Assembly: GCA_009784375.1 (NCBI GenBank)
Contig: WRBV01000001.1
Span: 18,546 to 82,545 of the forward strand
Direction: 5' to 3'
Length of the DNA: 64,000 nucleotides
From: Bacillota bacterium
GTDB lineage: Bacteria; Bacillota; Clostridia; Christensenellales; UBA1242
A program made the translations under genes and the position numbers. The notes under the pieces are model-generated. The model was not told the DNA's origin. It worked only from the letters and a program-made list of their open reading frames with translations, and made no database searches. Shown here in pieces: positions 47,096-55,596 of this stretch; the first letter of the stretch is position 1, and each line of letters begins with the position of its first letter.

Positions 47096-48660
47096 GAGGC
47101 TTTGTGGACGGTAAAATCGTAAAACAATTTACAAAGTTTATTTATCCATTTAAATACCATAAACCTGATACAACCTGTCGTATATTCGAGGAGATACAAA
47201 GTTCAAAGGGTAACCCCATTCGTATCTGGGATTGTTTTGGAATAGATGGTCAAGATCTTCACGAAGAAATCGCCAATCTATATTCATTCCATGAAACTCG
47301 TGAACGTATCGCCGACTGTTTTCAACTTGGCATACATAACAAATGCCGTGAAGCAATTGGGCTGCCTCCCAAGGCAACAGACAATATAACATTCACAATG
47401 CGTGGAAGAAAAGACACAGTAAATATCAGCATTCCCAATGTCCGTGTTTATTTATTTGAATCCGAAGTTGGTTTTATCGAAGTGGAATGTGAATACCAAA
47501 CACAAAACATTGAAGATTACATTGACTGTAATTACTTTATAAGCGAAATCAAATCAGAAAAAAATACTTTCACAATGCAAAGAAGAATATCGGCAACCGA
47601 AAAATTCGTTTCAACATTCACTATGGAAGACTTAATCAAAAATGTACTTTACTATGTCGGCGACGACATTCGATTTTTTGACAATGTCGGAAAAGAATTC
47701 AACGAGAAAAAACCCATTATTTATTCTTACCTGCTGCTTGATAAGAAGCCCACAAATTTGGAACAAATAATCTATTATGCTCGAAAGAATTATAAAGCAA
47801 GCTATAAACCACCAGCATCCGACTTTATTATCGAAGGCAACCCTCAAGTTTATCAAACATTCGACAACTCATATTGGGGGACAAGCCAATACGGGACAAC
47901 CAATATAAGCTTTCTTGTCGGCGACAGGCAAACTGATGAATTCTTTCACAATAATTTTGTATATAAACTTAATAACAGTTATTTTCATCTTTTCCTAAGT
48001 GTCTTGCACCAAAAATATGCAACCCGACTTCTCACGACAAAAATGAGCCACCTTGACAAGGTTGTTAAAGACTATGAAATCATGCAACAACAAGCATGCC
48101 AGGCAAGGGAATACCAGGCCCAATCGGCATCTCTTAAATTCCGTGCATTTTTTAATGTCCCATCCAACATTGAACATGTTAACCGCTATTATGATCTTGT
48201 AACACATACTTTTGAAATTGAAAAAATTTACCAAAGTTTTAACGAAGATTTAAACAGTATTATTTCCCTGTCCGATACGTACACAGCAAAAAGCAATGAA
48301 TACCAAAGAGAGAAAAAAGAACTGGAACGAAAGAAAATCGGTGTATATGTTCTTCTATTCGGTACGATTATATCGGCTGTAACTATGTTAAGTTCTGTAT
48401 GGACTGTTATCGAAAAAATTGCTGGGGAACCAGTAAGAGTTGGCTCGCCCCTTATGATTATTATCTTTTCAGCACTCTTGTTATTAATAACTGTAGCGGC
48501 TGCAAATGTGTTTATACGAATTCATGAGATAAAAGAAGCATCTTACCAACTTGAAGAACAAAAAAGAACGGGCGAACTTGGAAAAGATTGTATTCGTAAA
48601 AAAAGAAGAAAATATATCAGAATAAAGGACAAAGAACACCTGCAAAAAGAATCTGAATAA
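47074..48660 (+). CDS. membrane protein with CorA-like topology (large soluble N-domain, coiled coil, two C-terminal TM helices, basic tail); no GMN motif
   Basis: TM1 IGVYVLLFGTIISAVTMLSSVWTVI, TM2 LMIIIFSALLLLITVAAANVFI, tail RKKRRKYIRIKDK. Alternative GTG start at 47104 after an AGGAGG. Confidence 0.6.
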   Translation: MARKHNIGGFVDGKIVKQFTKFIYPFKYHKPDTTCRIFEEIQSSKGNPIRIWDCFGIDGQDLHEEIANLYSFHETRERIADCFQLGIHNKCREAIGLPPKATDNITFTMRGRKDTVNISIPNVRVYLFESEVGFIEVECEYQTQNIEDYIDCNYFISEIKSEKNTFTMQRRISATEKFVSTFTMEDLIKNVLYYVGDDIRFFDNVGKEFNEKKPIIYSYLLLDKKPTNLEQIIYYARKNYKASYKPPASDFIIEGNPQVYQTFDNSYWGTSQYGTTNISFLVGDRQTDEFFHNNFVYKLNNSYFHLFLSVLHQKYATRLLTTKMSHLDKVVKDYEIMQQQACQAREYQAQSASLKFRAFFNVPSNIEHVNRYYDLVTHTFEIEKIYQSFNEDLNSIISLSDTYTAKSNEYQREKKELERKKIGVYVLLFGTIISAVTMLSSVWTVIEKIAGEPVRVGSPLMIIIFSALLLLITVAAANVFIRIHEIKEASYQLEEQKRTGELGKDCIRKKRRKYIRIKDKEHLQKESE

Positions 48661-48741
48661 AAAGAAAGCCGACTTTGTCGCGTTGCTCTGAGTTTAATGC
48701 ATTTCTTGGATTTTAAAATATTGTTAAATAATTCCCAACAA

Positions 48742-48770
48742 ACGAGCCGAATGGGCTCGTTCTATATTTC
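48742..48770 (+). terminator. possible terminator of the six-gene operon
   Basis: ACGAGCC / GGCTCGT stem with only a weak T-tract. Confidence 0.4.
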
Positions 48771-48821
48771 TGAAAAGAAAAAGATTTACAAAATAACCAT
48801 ACTTGTGTATAATAAATTTAT

Positions 48822-48913
48822 GGAGAGTTGGGTGAGTTGGTCGAAACCACCTTCCTGCTAAGAAGGCGCCGGTCACAAGCTGGCCACTGGTTCGAATCCA
48901 GTACTCTCCGCCA
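48822..48913 (+). tRNA. tRNA-Ser (GCT), CCA encoded
   Basis: Acceptor GGAGAGT/ACTCTCC, anticodon stem-loop CCTTC-CTGCTAA-GAAGG, long variable arm, T-loop GGTTCGAATCC. Confidence 0.9.
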
Positions 48914-49156
48914 AAAAAATAATAACAAAAGACATCGTCTTGTTCAGTTTACATTTTAAAGAGTTAGTCCATATTGCTAGAGCAGTTGGTCTGAAATTTT
49001 CCTTATTTACTGAAGACATAGATAGCAATATAGATAAGCAAGAACGAGCAAATAAATTAATTAGACATTTGCAACAAGCAAAGTGAGATTAAATAATTTG
49101 TTATTTTCTATTAATGATTTATAATAATATATAACTTCTTAACATAGGAGGGTAAT

Positions 49157-49906
49157 ATGGCAATTGCAGTATTTGGGGATATCCACGGAAATCTGGAGGC
49201 TTTGGAAGCCATTCTAAAACACATAAAAAAGAACCGTAAAATTAAACAAGTCTATTTTTTGGGTGATGCTATTACATTTGGACCAGACTCGTCCGCTTGT
49301 CTAAAGCTTTTGTCAAAATACAAATTTGTACATTGCGTCACAGGAAACCATGAACAAAGGATGGTACGTTATGATTCAAGTGTTGCAACAATGACATATG
49401 CGGGCATCAAGCACATGGAATACATATTCCACAGCCTTGATAACGATGATCTACGCTTTATTAAAAGCATGCCAAACGAGATTAAGATAAACTACAAAGG
49501 CTTTAACGTTTTATTCACACATTACAGCCTTAATGAACAAGGTGTTGTGCGTGATGACTACGAAGAATTTACCGAGGCACAACTTCACAAATTATTCGGT
49601 GACAAGAACGCAGACATTGTGTTCTTTGGTCACATTCACTCAAGAAAAATAATCATCGATGAACATGGCAAAAGTTATGTGTGTAACGGTTCAAGCGGCT
49701 GTGTAAAGGGTGATACAACATTCTATACTTACTTTGACGTTAACCGAGCAATTGGGGACGAACCTAACCTTGATATATACCGTGTGAATATAAAATTTAA
49801 CCGAAAGAAATTTGATGAAAAAATGAAAACGCAAGATATCCCCGAAAAGCTTAACTTTGGGAAATTCTGTTTTGGGAAAGACTATTCTCCAGACACAGAA
49901 GAATAA
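49157..49906 (+). CDS. metallophosphoesterase (calcineurin-like)
   Basis: GDIHGN, GDAITFGPD, GNHE, GHIH motifs. GGAGG RBS. Confidence 0.8.
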   Translation: MAIAVFGDIHGNLEALEAILKHIKKNRKIKQVYFLGDAITFGPDSSACLKLLSKYKFVHCVTGNHEQRMVRYDSSVATMTYAGIKHMEYIFHSLDNDDLRFIKSMPNEIKINYKGFNVLFTHYSLNEQGVVRDDYEEFTEAQLHKLFGDKNADIVFFGHIHSRKIIIDEHGKSYVCNGSSGCVKGDTTFYTYFDVNRAIGDEPNLDIYRVNIKFNRKKFDEKMKTQDIPEKLNFGKFCFGKDYSPDTEE

Positions 49907-50082
49907 TTACATAACTTACAAACAAAACCTATGTGCAATCCATGGGTTTTTTCTTTGGCTTTATTATCCATCCACATATTTCGGCAAATATATATATTTT
50001 AAGACACTTTCATATAAAGATATATATATGAATGTAATCGTATATCAAGTATAATAGTAGATATAAAACTAAGGAGGTTACT

Positions 50083-50325
50083 ATGACCTTGAATGCCGCT
50101 GTTGCGAGACGAGTTGCTGGGTTACTCGAGAAACATGGGATAACACAATACCGTCTTGTTGTAGATTCTGGACTTACACACTCTGCTATGCGCTATATTA
50201 TGAGTGATGCAAAAAAAGATGTAAGACTTTCTACTATTGCAAAAATTTGTACTGTATTTAATATGACATTGGACGAGTTCTTTAACGACAAAGTGTTTAA
50301 CCTTGAAAATATTGATTTTGATTGA
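50083..50325 (+). CDS. XRE-family HTH transcriptional regulator
   Basis: 80 aa, ...ITQYRLVVDSGLTHSAMRYIMS..RLSTIAKICTVFNMTLDEFF. AGGAGG RBS. Confidence 0.75.
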   Translation: MTLNAAVARRVAGLLEKHGITQYRLVVDSGLTHSAMRYIMSDAKKDVRLSTIAKICTVFNMTLDEFFNDKVFNLENIDFD

Positions 50326-50525
50326 TGAATGAGTGCGGTTGTGGTCATGCCTGCATGAACATAACCACACGAATGAAATCAATACGGGACAAGCCCTGTA
50401 TTAGAATTCAGAATAAGTTATTTACAAATTTAATTAATAATGATATTATATCTTCTGTGGGAGATCTTTTGTAAATTTTTTGCACTACGATTGGTCGATT
50501 GAACCACTAAAGGAGTATAGACAAA

Positions 50526-50957
50526 ATGTCTAAAGCTATTAAAACTCAAGTGAAACTCCAAATTGCGGCTGGCAAGGCTACACCTGCGCCACCAGTTGGA
50601 TCAACACTTGGACCTCATGGGATTAACATCCCGCTGTTCGTTAAATCATTTAACGACCAAACAGCAAAGGACGCTGGATTAATCATCCCAGTCGTTGTAA
50701 CAATCTACACCGACCGTTCGTTTGATTTCGTCCTTAAAACCCCACCGACCGCCGTTCTTATCAAGCAAATTCTTGGTATCCCAAGCGGTTCAAAAAAGCC
50801 AAACATGGACAAGGTTGGAATGCTTTCACGTGCCCAGGTCACCCAAATTGCAAAACAAAAAATGGTTGACTTGAACTGTACGGATTTGGCATCTGCCGAG
50901 AGCATGGTTCGTGGCACAGCCCGCAGTATGGGTGTAACAGTAGAGGGGGGTGCATAA
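50526..50957 (+). CDS. rplK: 50S ribosomal protein L11
   Basis: [26 protein letters not shown]... Confidence 0.95.
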   Translation: MSKAIKTQVKLQIAAGKATPAPPVGSTLGPHGINIPLFVKSFNDQTAKDAGLIIPVVVTIYTDRSFDFVLKTPPTAVLIKQILGIPSGSKKPNMDKVGMLSRAQVTQIAKQKMVDLNCTDLASAESMVRGTARSMGVTVEGGA

Positions 50958-50958
50958 T

Positions 50959-51639
50959 ATGGCAAAAAAGTATAACGAAAAAGTAGCAAAAGTTGATGCA
51001 TCAAAACAATACAATATCGACGAAGCAATGAAACTTGTCGTCGAAAATGCGACAGCAAAGTTTGACGAATCTATTGAATTGCACGTACGTCTTGGTGTTG
51101 ACGGTCGTCAAGCTGACCAACAAGTACGTGGAACAGTAGTTCTTCCACACGGTACAGGTAAAACATTGCGCGTTCTTGTAATCTGTAAACCAGACAAACA
51201 AGACGAAGCAAAAGCAGCAGGTGCCGACCACGTAGGTGCCGAAGATATCATCACAAAAATCACATCACAAAACTGGTTGGACTTTGATGTATGTATCACA
51301 ACTCCAGACATGATGGGTGTAATTGGTCGTGTTGCAAAAATTCTTGGACCAAAGGGTCTTATGCCAAACCCAAAGAGCGGTACGGTAACAACCGACATTA
51401 AAAAAGCGGTTGCCGACGCAAAGGGTGGAAAAGTTGAATACCGTCTTGACAAGGGCAACAACGTACATTGTTTAATTGGAAAAGCTTCATTCGGAGATAA
51501 GAAACTTGTAGAAAACTACAACGCACTTATTGGTGCAATTATCAAGGCAAAGCCATCTGCGGCAAAAGGTGTATACCTTAAAAACGTCGTAGTCACAAGC
51601 ACTATGGGTGTGGGTGTCAAGGTTAACCAGGTCATCTAA
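50959..51639 (+). CDS. rplA: 50S ribosomal protein L1
   Basis: [13 protein letters not shown]..., [32 protein letters not shown]. The track ORF begins 9 nt earlier. Confidence 0.95.
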   Translation: MAKKYNEKVAKVDASKQYNIDEAMKLVVENATAKFDESIELHVRLGVDGRQADQQVRGTVVLPHGTGKTLRVLVICKPDKQDEAKAAGADHVGAEDIITKITSQNWLDFDVCITTPDMMGVIGRVAKILGPKGLMPNPKSGTVTTDIKKAVADAKGGKVEYRLDKGNNVHCLIGKASFGDKKLVENYNALIGAIIKAKPSAAKGVYLKNVVVTSTMGVGVKVNQVI

Positions 51640-51652
51640 TACTTATTACAAT

Positions 51653-51681
51653 AAAAGAACTCGGAGACGGGTTCTTTTTTA
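51653..51681 (+). terminator. intrinsic terminator after rplA
   Basis: GAACTCG / CGGGTTC stem followed by a T6 run. Confidence 0.7.
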
Positions 51682-51804
51682 GAGGTCACAAACTCGGTCA
51701 TTGTGCTAGTGTTCGCAAATCTACTATACACTCTAGGACATTGTAGTGCATGTCACTCTGAAAAAAAAGAGCTCTACGCTCTCTTTCTGTAATTTAAATA
51801 AAAC

Positions 51805-52068
51805 TCAATCTGGCAAATTAGCGGTCAACAAACTTACCTTGTATCCTTTCCATTTTGCCGATACATCTTCGAGTGATGTAGGCTCGGGAAAATCGATTTC
51901 TTCACGTAATGCTATTTTAAAATATACATGCATCTTGTATTCAGCCTCGGCGTAAACGTCTTCTAGCGTTTCACCTATTGCATAAATTAAAAGGTCGGGC
52001 ATAAATCCGTTATACGCTCCCGTTTCCTCGTTCAATATGAAGACTATTGGATATGTAAACTTTGGCAT
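51805..52068 (-). CDS. HicB-like antitoxin-fold protein (no hicA partner seen)
   Basis: MPKFTYPIVFILNEETGAYNGFMPDLLIYAIGETLEDVYAEAE resembles the HicB N-terminal domain. Confidence 0.55.
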   Translation of the reverse strand: MPKFTYPIVFILNEETGAYNGFMPDLLIYAIGETLEDVYAEAEYKMHVYFKIALREEIDFPEPTSLEDVSAKWKGYKVSLLTANLPD

Positions 52069-52237
52069 TTTGTTCCCCTATATGTTCTATTTTATGATAC
52101 TCCTGCACATTTGTCTAATCATTTATCCCCAATTTTTGAACTTTATCTATACCAATAATAAGAAATTAATGTTAGACAAAAATAACTTTTATGATATAAT
52201 ATTAACATTAACATTCGGGGACAAGGAGGTATTACCT

Positions 52238-52453
52238 ATGCGAACATTCACAGACTCGACAATTCTTGACGAAAGTAAAACTGGTTCAAAGTTTAACGGA
52301 ACCGAAATTACTTTCAATGATACTAATGGCAAAATGGTAGAATCATCTCTACTTGACAACTTTACGAAATTCCCAGAAGGAATGCAAAACTTTCTATCTA
52401 CACTTCTTGGTATTGAAAAAACAAAATCATCCGAACCTGGACTTGAAATGTAA
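52238..52453 (+). CDS. hypothetical 71-aa protein
   Basis: AAGGAGG RBS before ATG 52238. The long upstream extension in the track ORF is rejected. Confidence 0.45.
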   Translation: MRTFTDSTILDESKTGSKFNGTEITFNDTNGKMVESSLLDNFTKFPEGMQNFLSTLLGIEKTKSSEPGLEM

Positions 52454-52462
52454 TCAACCAAA

Positions 52463-52489
52463 CCACCGAATGCGGTGGTTTTTATTTTT
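52463..52489 (+). terminator. intrinsic terminator
   Basis: CCACCG / CGGTGG stem followed by a T-run. Confidence 0.7.
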
Positions 52490-52592
52490 GCAACATAAAC
52501 ACATCAATTAAATTATTTGAATAGTATGAAATAAAACATGCTTACATAATTCGGTCATTTGGGATCGCAATTATGTAAGGAGAATTTTATAA

Positions 52593-53813
52593 ATGGCAGA
52601 CACACCTTTTCCACAGAGTAACGACATGTTACTTTTTACGTTTTCAGCAGGTCCGACAATTAATCTATTTAATCTTGATGTTACGACTGTAAACGCTACA
52701 CTACAAAACAACTTACCCTTCACAGGGCAAACTGTTGCCTTGGCTTTTAACGCCCAGGATGACTTTGTATATACGTGTGTATATAATTCGGAACCCCCTG
52801 ATACAGGAAAGCTTGTTGACATTGTTCGCTTGGACAGCGATTTAAATACAACTTCGCTTGGGCTGCCAGACGGATTACCAGTTACTACTGCTGGTACCTA
52901 TTACTATGCAAGCTATATCGATAAAGATGGTTTTTGGTTTCTTTCAACCAATGGTGCAACAAGTTTTTATGTAATAGACATGCGTCCAGGTTCACCGACT
53001 TTTTTCAAGTTAGTTGACCCAACCAATGGATTTCAAGAACAGACAGGCAATTATGGAACTCCATTTGTTTCCATGCCCCCTATTCCTGTTGGCGGCAGCA
53101 GAACAACATGGGTCAGAGCATCTGATGGATTATTGTATCAAGTTTACTCGTCTTATAATACAAGTACGCAAATTACAACTTTCGGATTTATTTCTATTGA
53201 CCCAACAACGGGTATTGCTGGACAGGCTTCTGGTGGACCATGGACTATTCCATCACTTGATGCTATTTTTGCTATGACAATAGATTCGAATGATACTATT
53301 TATATAGTAACTGGGTATGGAAAATTATTTTTTACTTTTGAATTTTCAAATGGCATAATAACTGGACAAAATTTGGGAACAGTTGATATTGGCACTTATA
53401 TTCCGTACGGTGCTGCTATGAATCCACTTGCGGATCCTGGGTCGTCAACTGTGCCGAACTTTGCCCAATGGGATGTAACCGATTGCGATGGCATAACCAC
53501 CACCATGTCAAGTAACACAACAACAGTTGAAGTCGTTGATGTAGAAATAACAAAAACAGCAAGTTGCTCATGGGTATTGAAGGGTGGTGTCATTTCATAC
53601 TGTGTAACTCTGAGTAACCAGAGCGATATAGACCTTGTTGACACTTTATTCCGCGACACCCTTAATTCAAGACTTGTATATGTAACAGGAAGCTTTACCG
53701 TCGACGGAGTTGAAACAACACCTTTAACAAGCGGTCAAACAATATCATATGAATTGGATCTTAATGCAAAAACAATAAAAACTATTTGTTTCAAAGCACG
53801 ACTTCGTGTTTAA
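52593..53813 (+). CDS. DUF11-type (conserved repeat domain) C-terminal protein with uncharacterised ~300-aa N-domain, no signal peptide
   Basis: C-terminus VEITKTASCSWVLKGGVISYCVTLSNQSDIDLVDTLFRDTL...VYVTGSFTVDG resembles DUF11. Confidence 0.55.
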   Translation: MADTPFPQSNDMLLFTFSAGPTINLFNLDVTTVNATLQNNLPFTGQTVALAFNAQDDFVYTCVYNSEPPDTGKLVDIVRLDSDLNTTSLGLPDGLPVTTAGTYYYASYIDKDGFWFLSTNGATSFYVIDMRPGSPTFFKLVDPTNGFQEQTGNYGTPFVSMPPIPVGGSRTTWVRASDGLLYQVYSSYNTSTQITTFGFISIDPTTGIAGQASGGPWTIPSLDAIFAMTIDSNDTIYIVTGYGKLFFTFEFSNGIITGQNLGTVDIGTYIPYGAAMNPLADPGSSTVPNFAQWDVTDCDGITTTMSSNTTTVEVVDVEITKTASCSWVLKGGVISYCVTLSNQSDIDLVDTLFRDTLNSRLVYVTGSFTVDGVETTPLTSGQTISYELDLNAKTIKTICFKARLRV

Positions 53814-53838
53814 CACCTTTGCCTAGATTAAACAAAAA

Positions 53839-53862
53839 AGGATAGCGAACTATCCTTTTTTC
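53839..53862 (+). terminator. intrinsic terminator
   Basis: AGGATAG / CTATCCT stem followed by a T-run. Confidence 0.7.
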
Positions 53863-53937
53863 TTGGTGGGAACAAAGCGACACCAAAATAATCCTTGCAA
53901 AATCTTAAAGCATATGTTAAACTTTGGTTATCTTGTT

Positions 53938-54013
53938 GGGAACTTAGCTCAGCTGGTAGAGCATTCGGCTTACATTCGAACGGTCGGGGGTTCGAGCCCC
54001 TCAGTTCCCACCA
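53938..54013 (+). tRNA. tRNA-Val (TAC), CCA encoded
   Basis: Acceptor GGGAACT/AGTTCCC, D-arm GCTC-AGCTGGTA-GAGC, anticodon loop CTTACAT, T-arm GGGGG-TTCGAGC-CCCTC. Confidence 0.9.
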
Positions 54014-55596
54014 AACAAGGTACGTGCCAAACCGTCAAGGACGGCGAGCGTACCTTTTTCGTTGCCTATACTGTTAATAGCATTATCGGTGGTTTCCTTG
54101 TCGATGGTGATTTTGTTTCCACCACCGTTTCCGTCAATGGATAACCAAACAACAATACGGTCATCGTAAATATAGCAGGCACTTACAAGGTCATCATACA
54201 ATCGCTTTTGAAAGTCAAGGTCGGATTCCAATTCCTGTGGTGTTATATAGTCGTTTATGAAATTGATAATATCTTGGGCGGTTGCTTGGATTCCGTTTTC
54301 AAATGTGATTTGAATTTTTTGCTCGGTCAGGTCGTTTATAAGAATAGTCAACTCGTCAATTTTGACTTGGCAAGACTTTTTGAGAGTGTCGCTTTTCATG
54401 GCAACGGCTTCAATGAACGCTTGGGTCGTGTTCTCGATTTGCTTGTGTGCGATGCCTATTTGGGTTTCAAGTGATTTGATTTGCTTTTCGCCTGTGCGGT
54501 CTTTGTAATATTCAATCACACTATCGGCAATTCTGCTGACTTTCTTTGGGTCTTTCAAGTATTCCAAAATGACTGAAATTATAAACAATTCCAGTTTTTC
54601 TTTTTGTTCCAATCGCTTTTGGCATGATTTGTTGTTGTGCTTTCTCTTGCGTGAGGATCGGCAACTGTAATAGCGGTACACCTTGTCAGGTTTATTGCCA
54701 CCGTCTGCGACCATGTTGCCACCACAAAGACCACAAAAGCATTTTCCAGTTAAATAATACGTTTGTTTGATTGAGTCCTTGCGTGTGTAAATTTTGTTTG
54801 CATCCAACATTTCTTGGACTTTATCCCACAACTTTTTATCAATGATAGCAGGATATATGTTCGTCCAAACTCTGCCAAACCTTTCAAACTCGCCAATGTA
54901 TTTGGGATTCCTAAACCAGTTATCAAACAACTTGTAATCAAATTTCTTTCCCCTGTATGTAATGTTCCGAGCATTCAAATCGTCAACAATGGCTTTCTTT
55001 GGTGTTCCGTCTGCGTATCGTTGGAAGCACTCTTTTATAATTTCGGATTCCGTTTCACAAATACCGACCTTGTGGATCGTGCCTTTCTTGCCAACTTTGT
55101 CGGTGTCCGTCAACTTGAAACCATACAAGATTTTTGTGCCTAAATATGTGCCGTTTTCAAGTGCGGTTATCATGCCGTCACGAACTCGCTTTGATAATCG
55201 TTGACTGTACTTTTCGTCATTCCATTCCAAAAACATTTCGTATATTTCGCCACCTTCGTCATCGCTGACTGGCTCTGTGGCACTTACAACACGAACACCG
55301 TGATCCCTGCGTAATTGTGCTTTGTACAACATACTATCGTGGCGGTTACGTGCAAAGCGGTCAAACTTGTATACAAGGATGACTTGAAATATTTTTAACC
55401 CTGCCTCGTCAACCATGTTTTGAAATTCAGGACGGCGGTCATTCGTTCCTGTCCTTGCTTTGTCGTTGTAAACCTTTACAATCTTGTAACCCATCTTTTC
55501 GGCGTGTTCTTTACACACCCTGATTTGTCCGTCGATGCTTTGTTCGTTTTGTCCAACAGATGAAAATCTTGCGTAGATGACTGCGTTGTTGTTCAT
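54001..55596 (-). CDS. large serine recombinase (531 aa)
   Basis: MNNNAVIYARFSSVGQNEQSIDGQ (catalytic Ser region), DRFARN, recombinase domain, zinc ribbon CGLCGGNM..YYSCRS, coiled-coil C-terminus. AAGGAG RBS. The track ORF extends to 55722. Confidence 0.9.
   Translation of the reverse strand: MNNNAVIYARFSSVGQNEQSIDGQIRVCKEHAEKMGYKIVKVYNDKARTGTNDRRPEFQNMVDEAGLKIFQVILVYKFDRFARNRHDSMLYKAQLRRDHGVRVVSATEPVSDDEGGEIYEMFLEWNDEKYSQRLSKRVRDGMITALENGTYLGTKILYGFKLTDTDKVGKKGTIHKVGICETESEIIKECFQRYADGTPKKAIVDDLNARNITYRGKKFDYKLFDNWFRNPKYIGEFERFGRVWTNIYPAIIDKKLWDKVQEMLDANKIYTRKDSIKQTYYLTGKCFCGLCGGNMVADGGNKPDKVYRYYSCRSSRKRKHNNKSCQKRLEQKEKLELFIISVILEYLKDPKKVSRIADSVIEYYKDRTGEKQIKSLETQIGIAHKQIENTTQAFIEAVAMKSDTLKKSCQVKIDELTILINDLTEQKIQITFENGIQATAQDIINFINDYITPQELESDLDFQKRLYDDLVSACYIYDDRIVVWLSIDGNGGGNKITIDKETTDNAINSIGNEKGTLAVLDGLARTLFGGN

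Noticed and set aside
48914-49086. An open frame after tRNA-Ser ending ...ELVHIARAVGLKFSLFTEDIDSNIDKQERANKLIRHLQQAK, with the stop at 49084-49086
   Set aside because: It has no ATG (only a possible TTG at 48940), no RBS, fewer than 50 codons and no recognisable family. It might be a gene remnant at a tRNA-linked integration hotspot, but this cannot be supported from sequence alone.
53863-54144. Two + strand ORFs (93 aa and 60 aa) overlapping tRNA-Val
   Set aside because: They are read straight through the tRNA gene and the recombinase 3' end, which are better explanations of the sequence.
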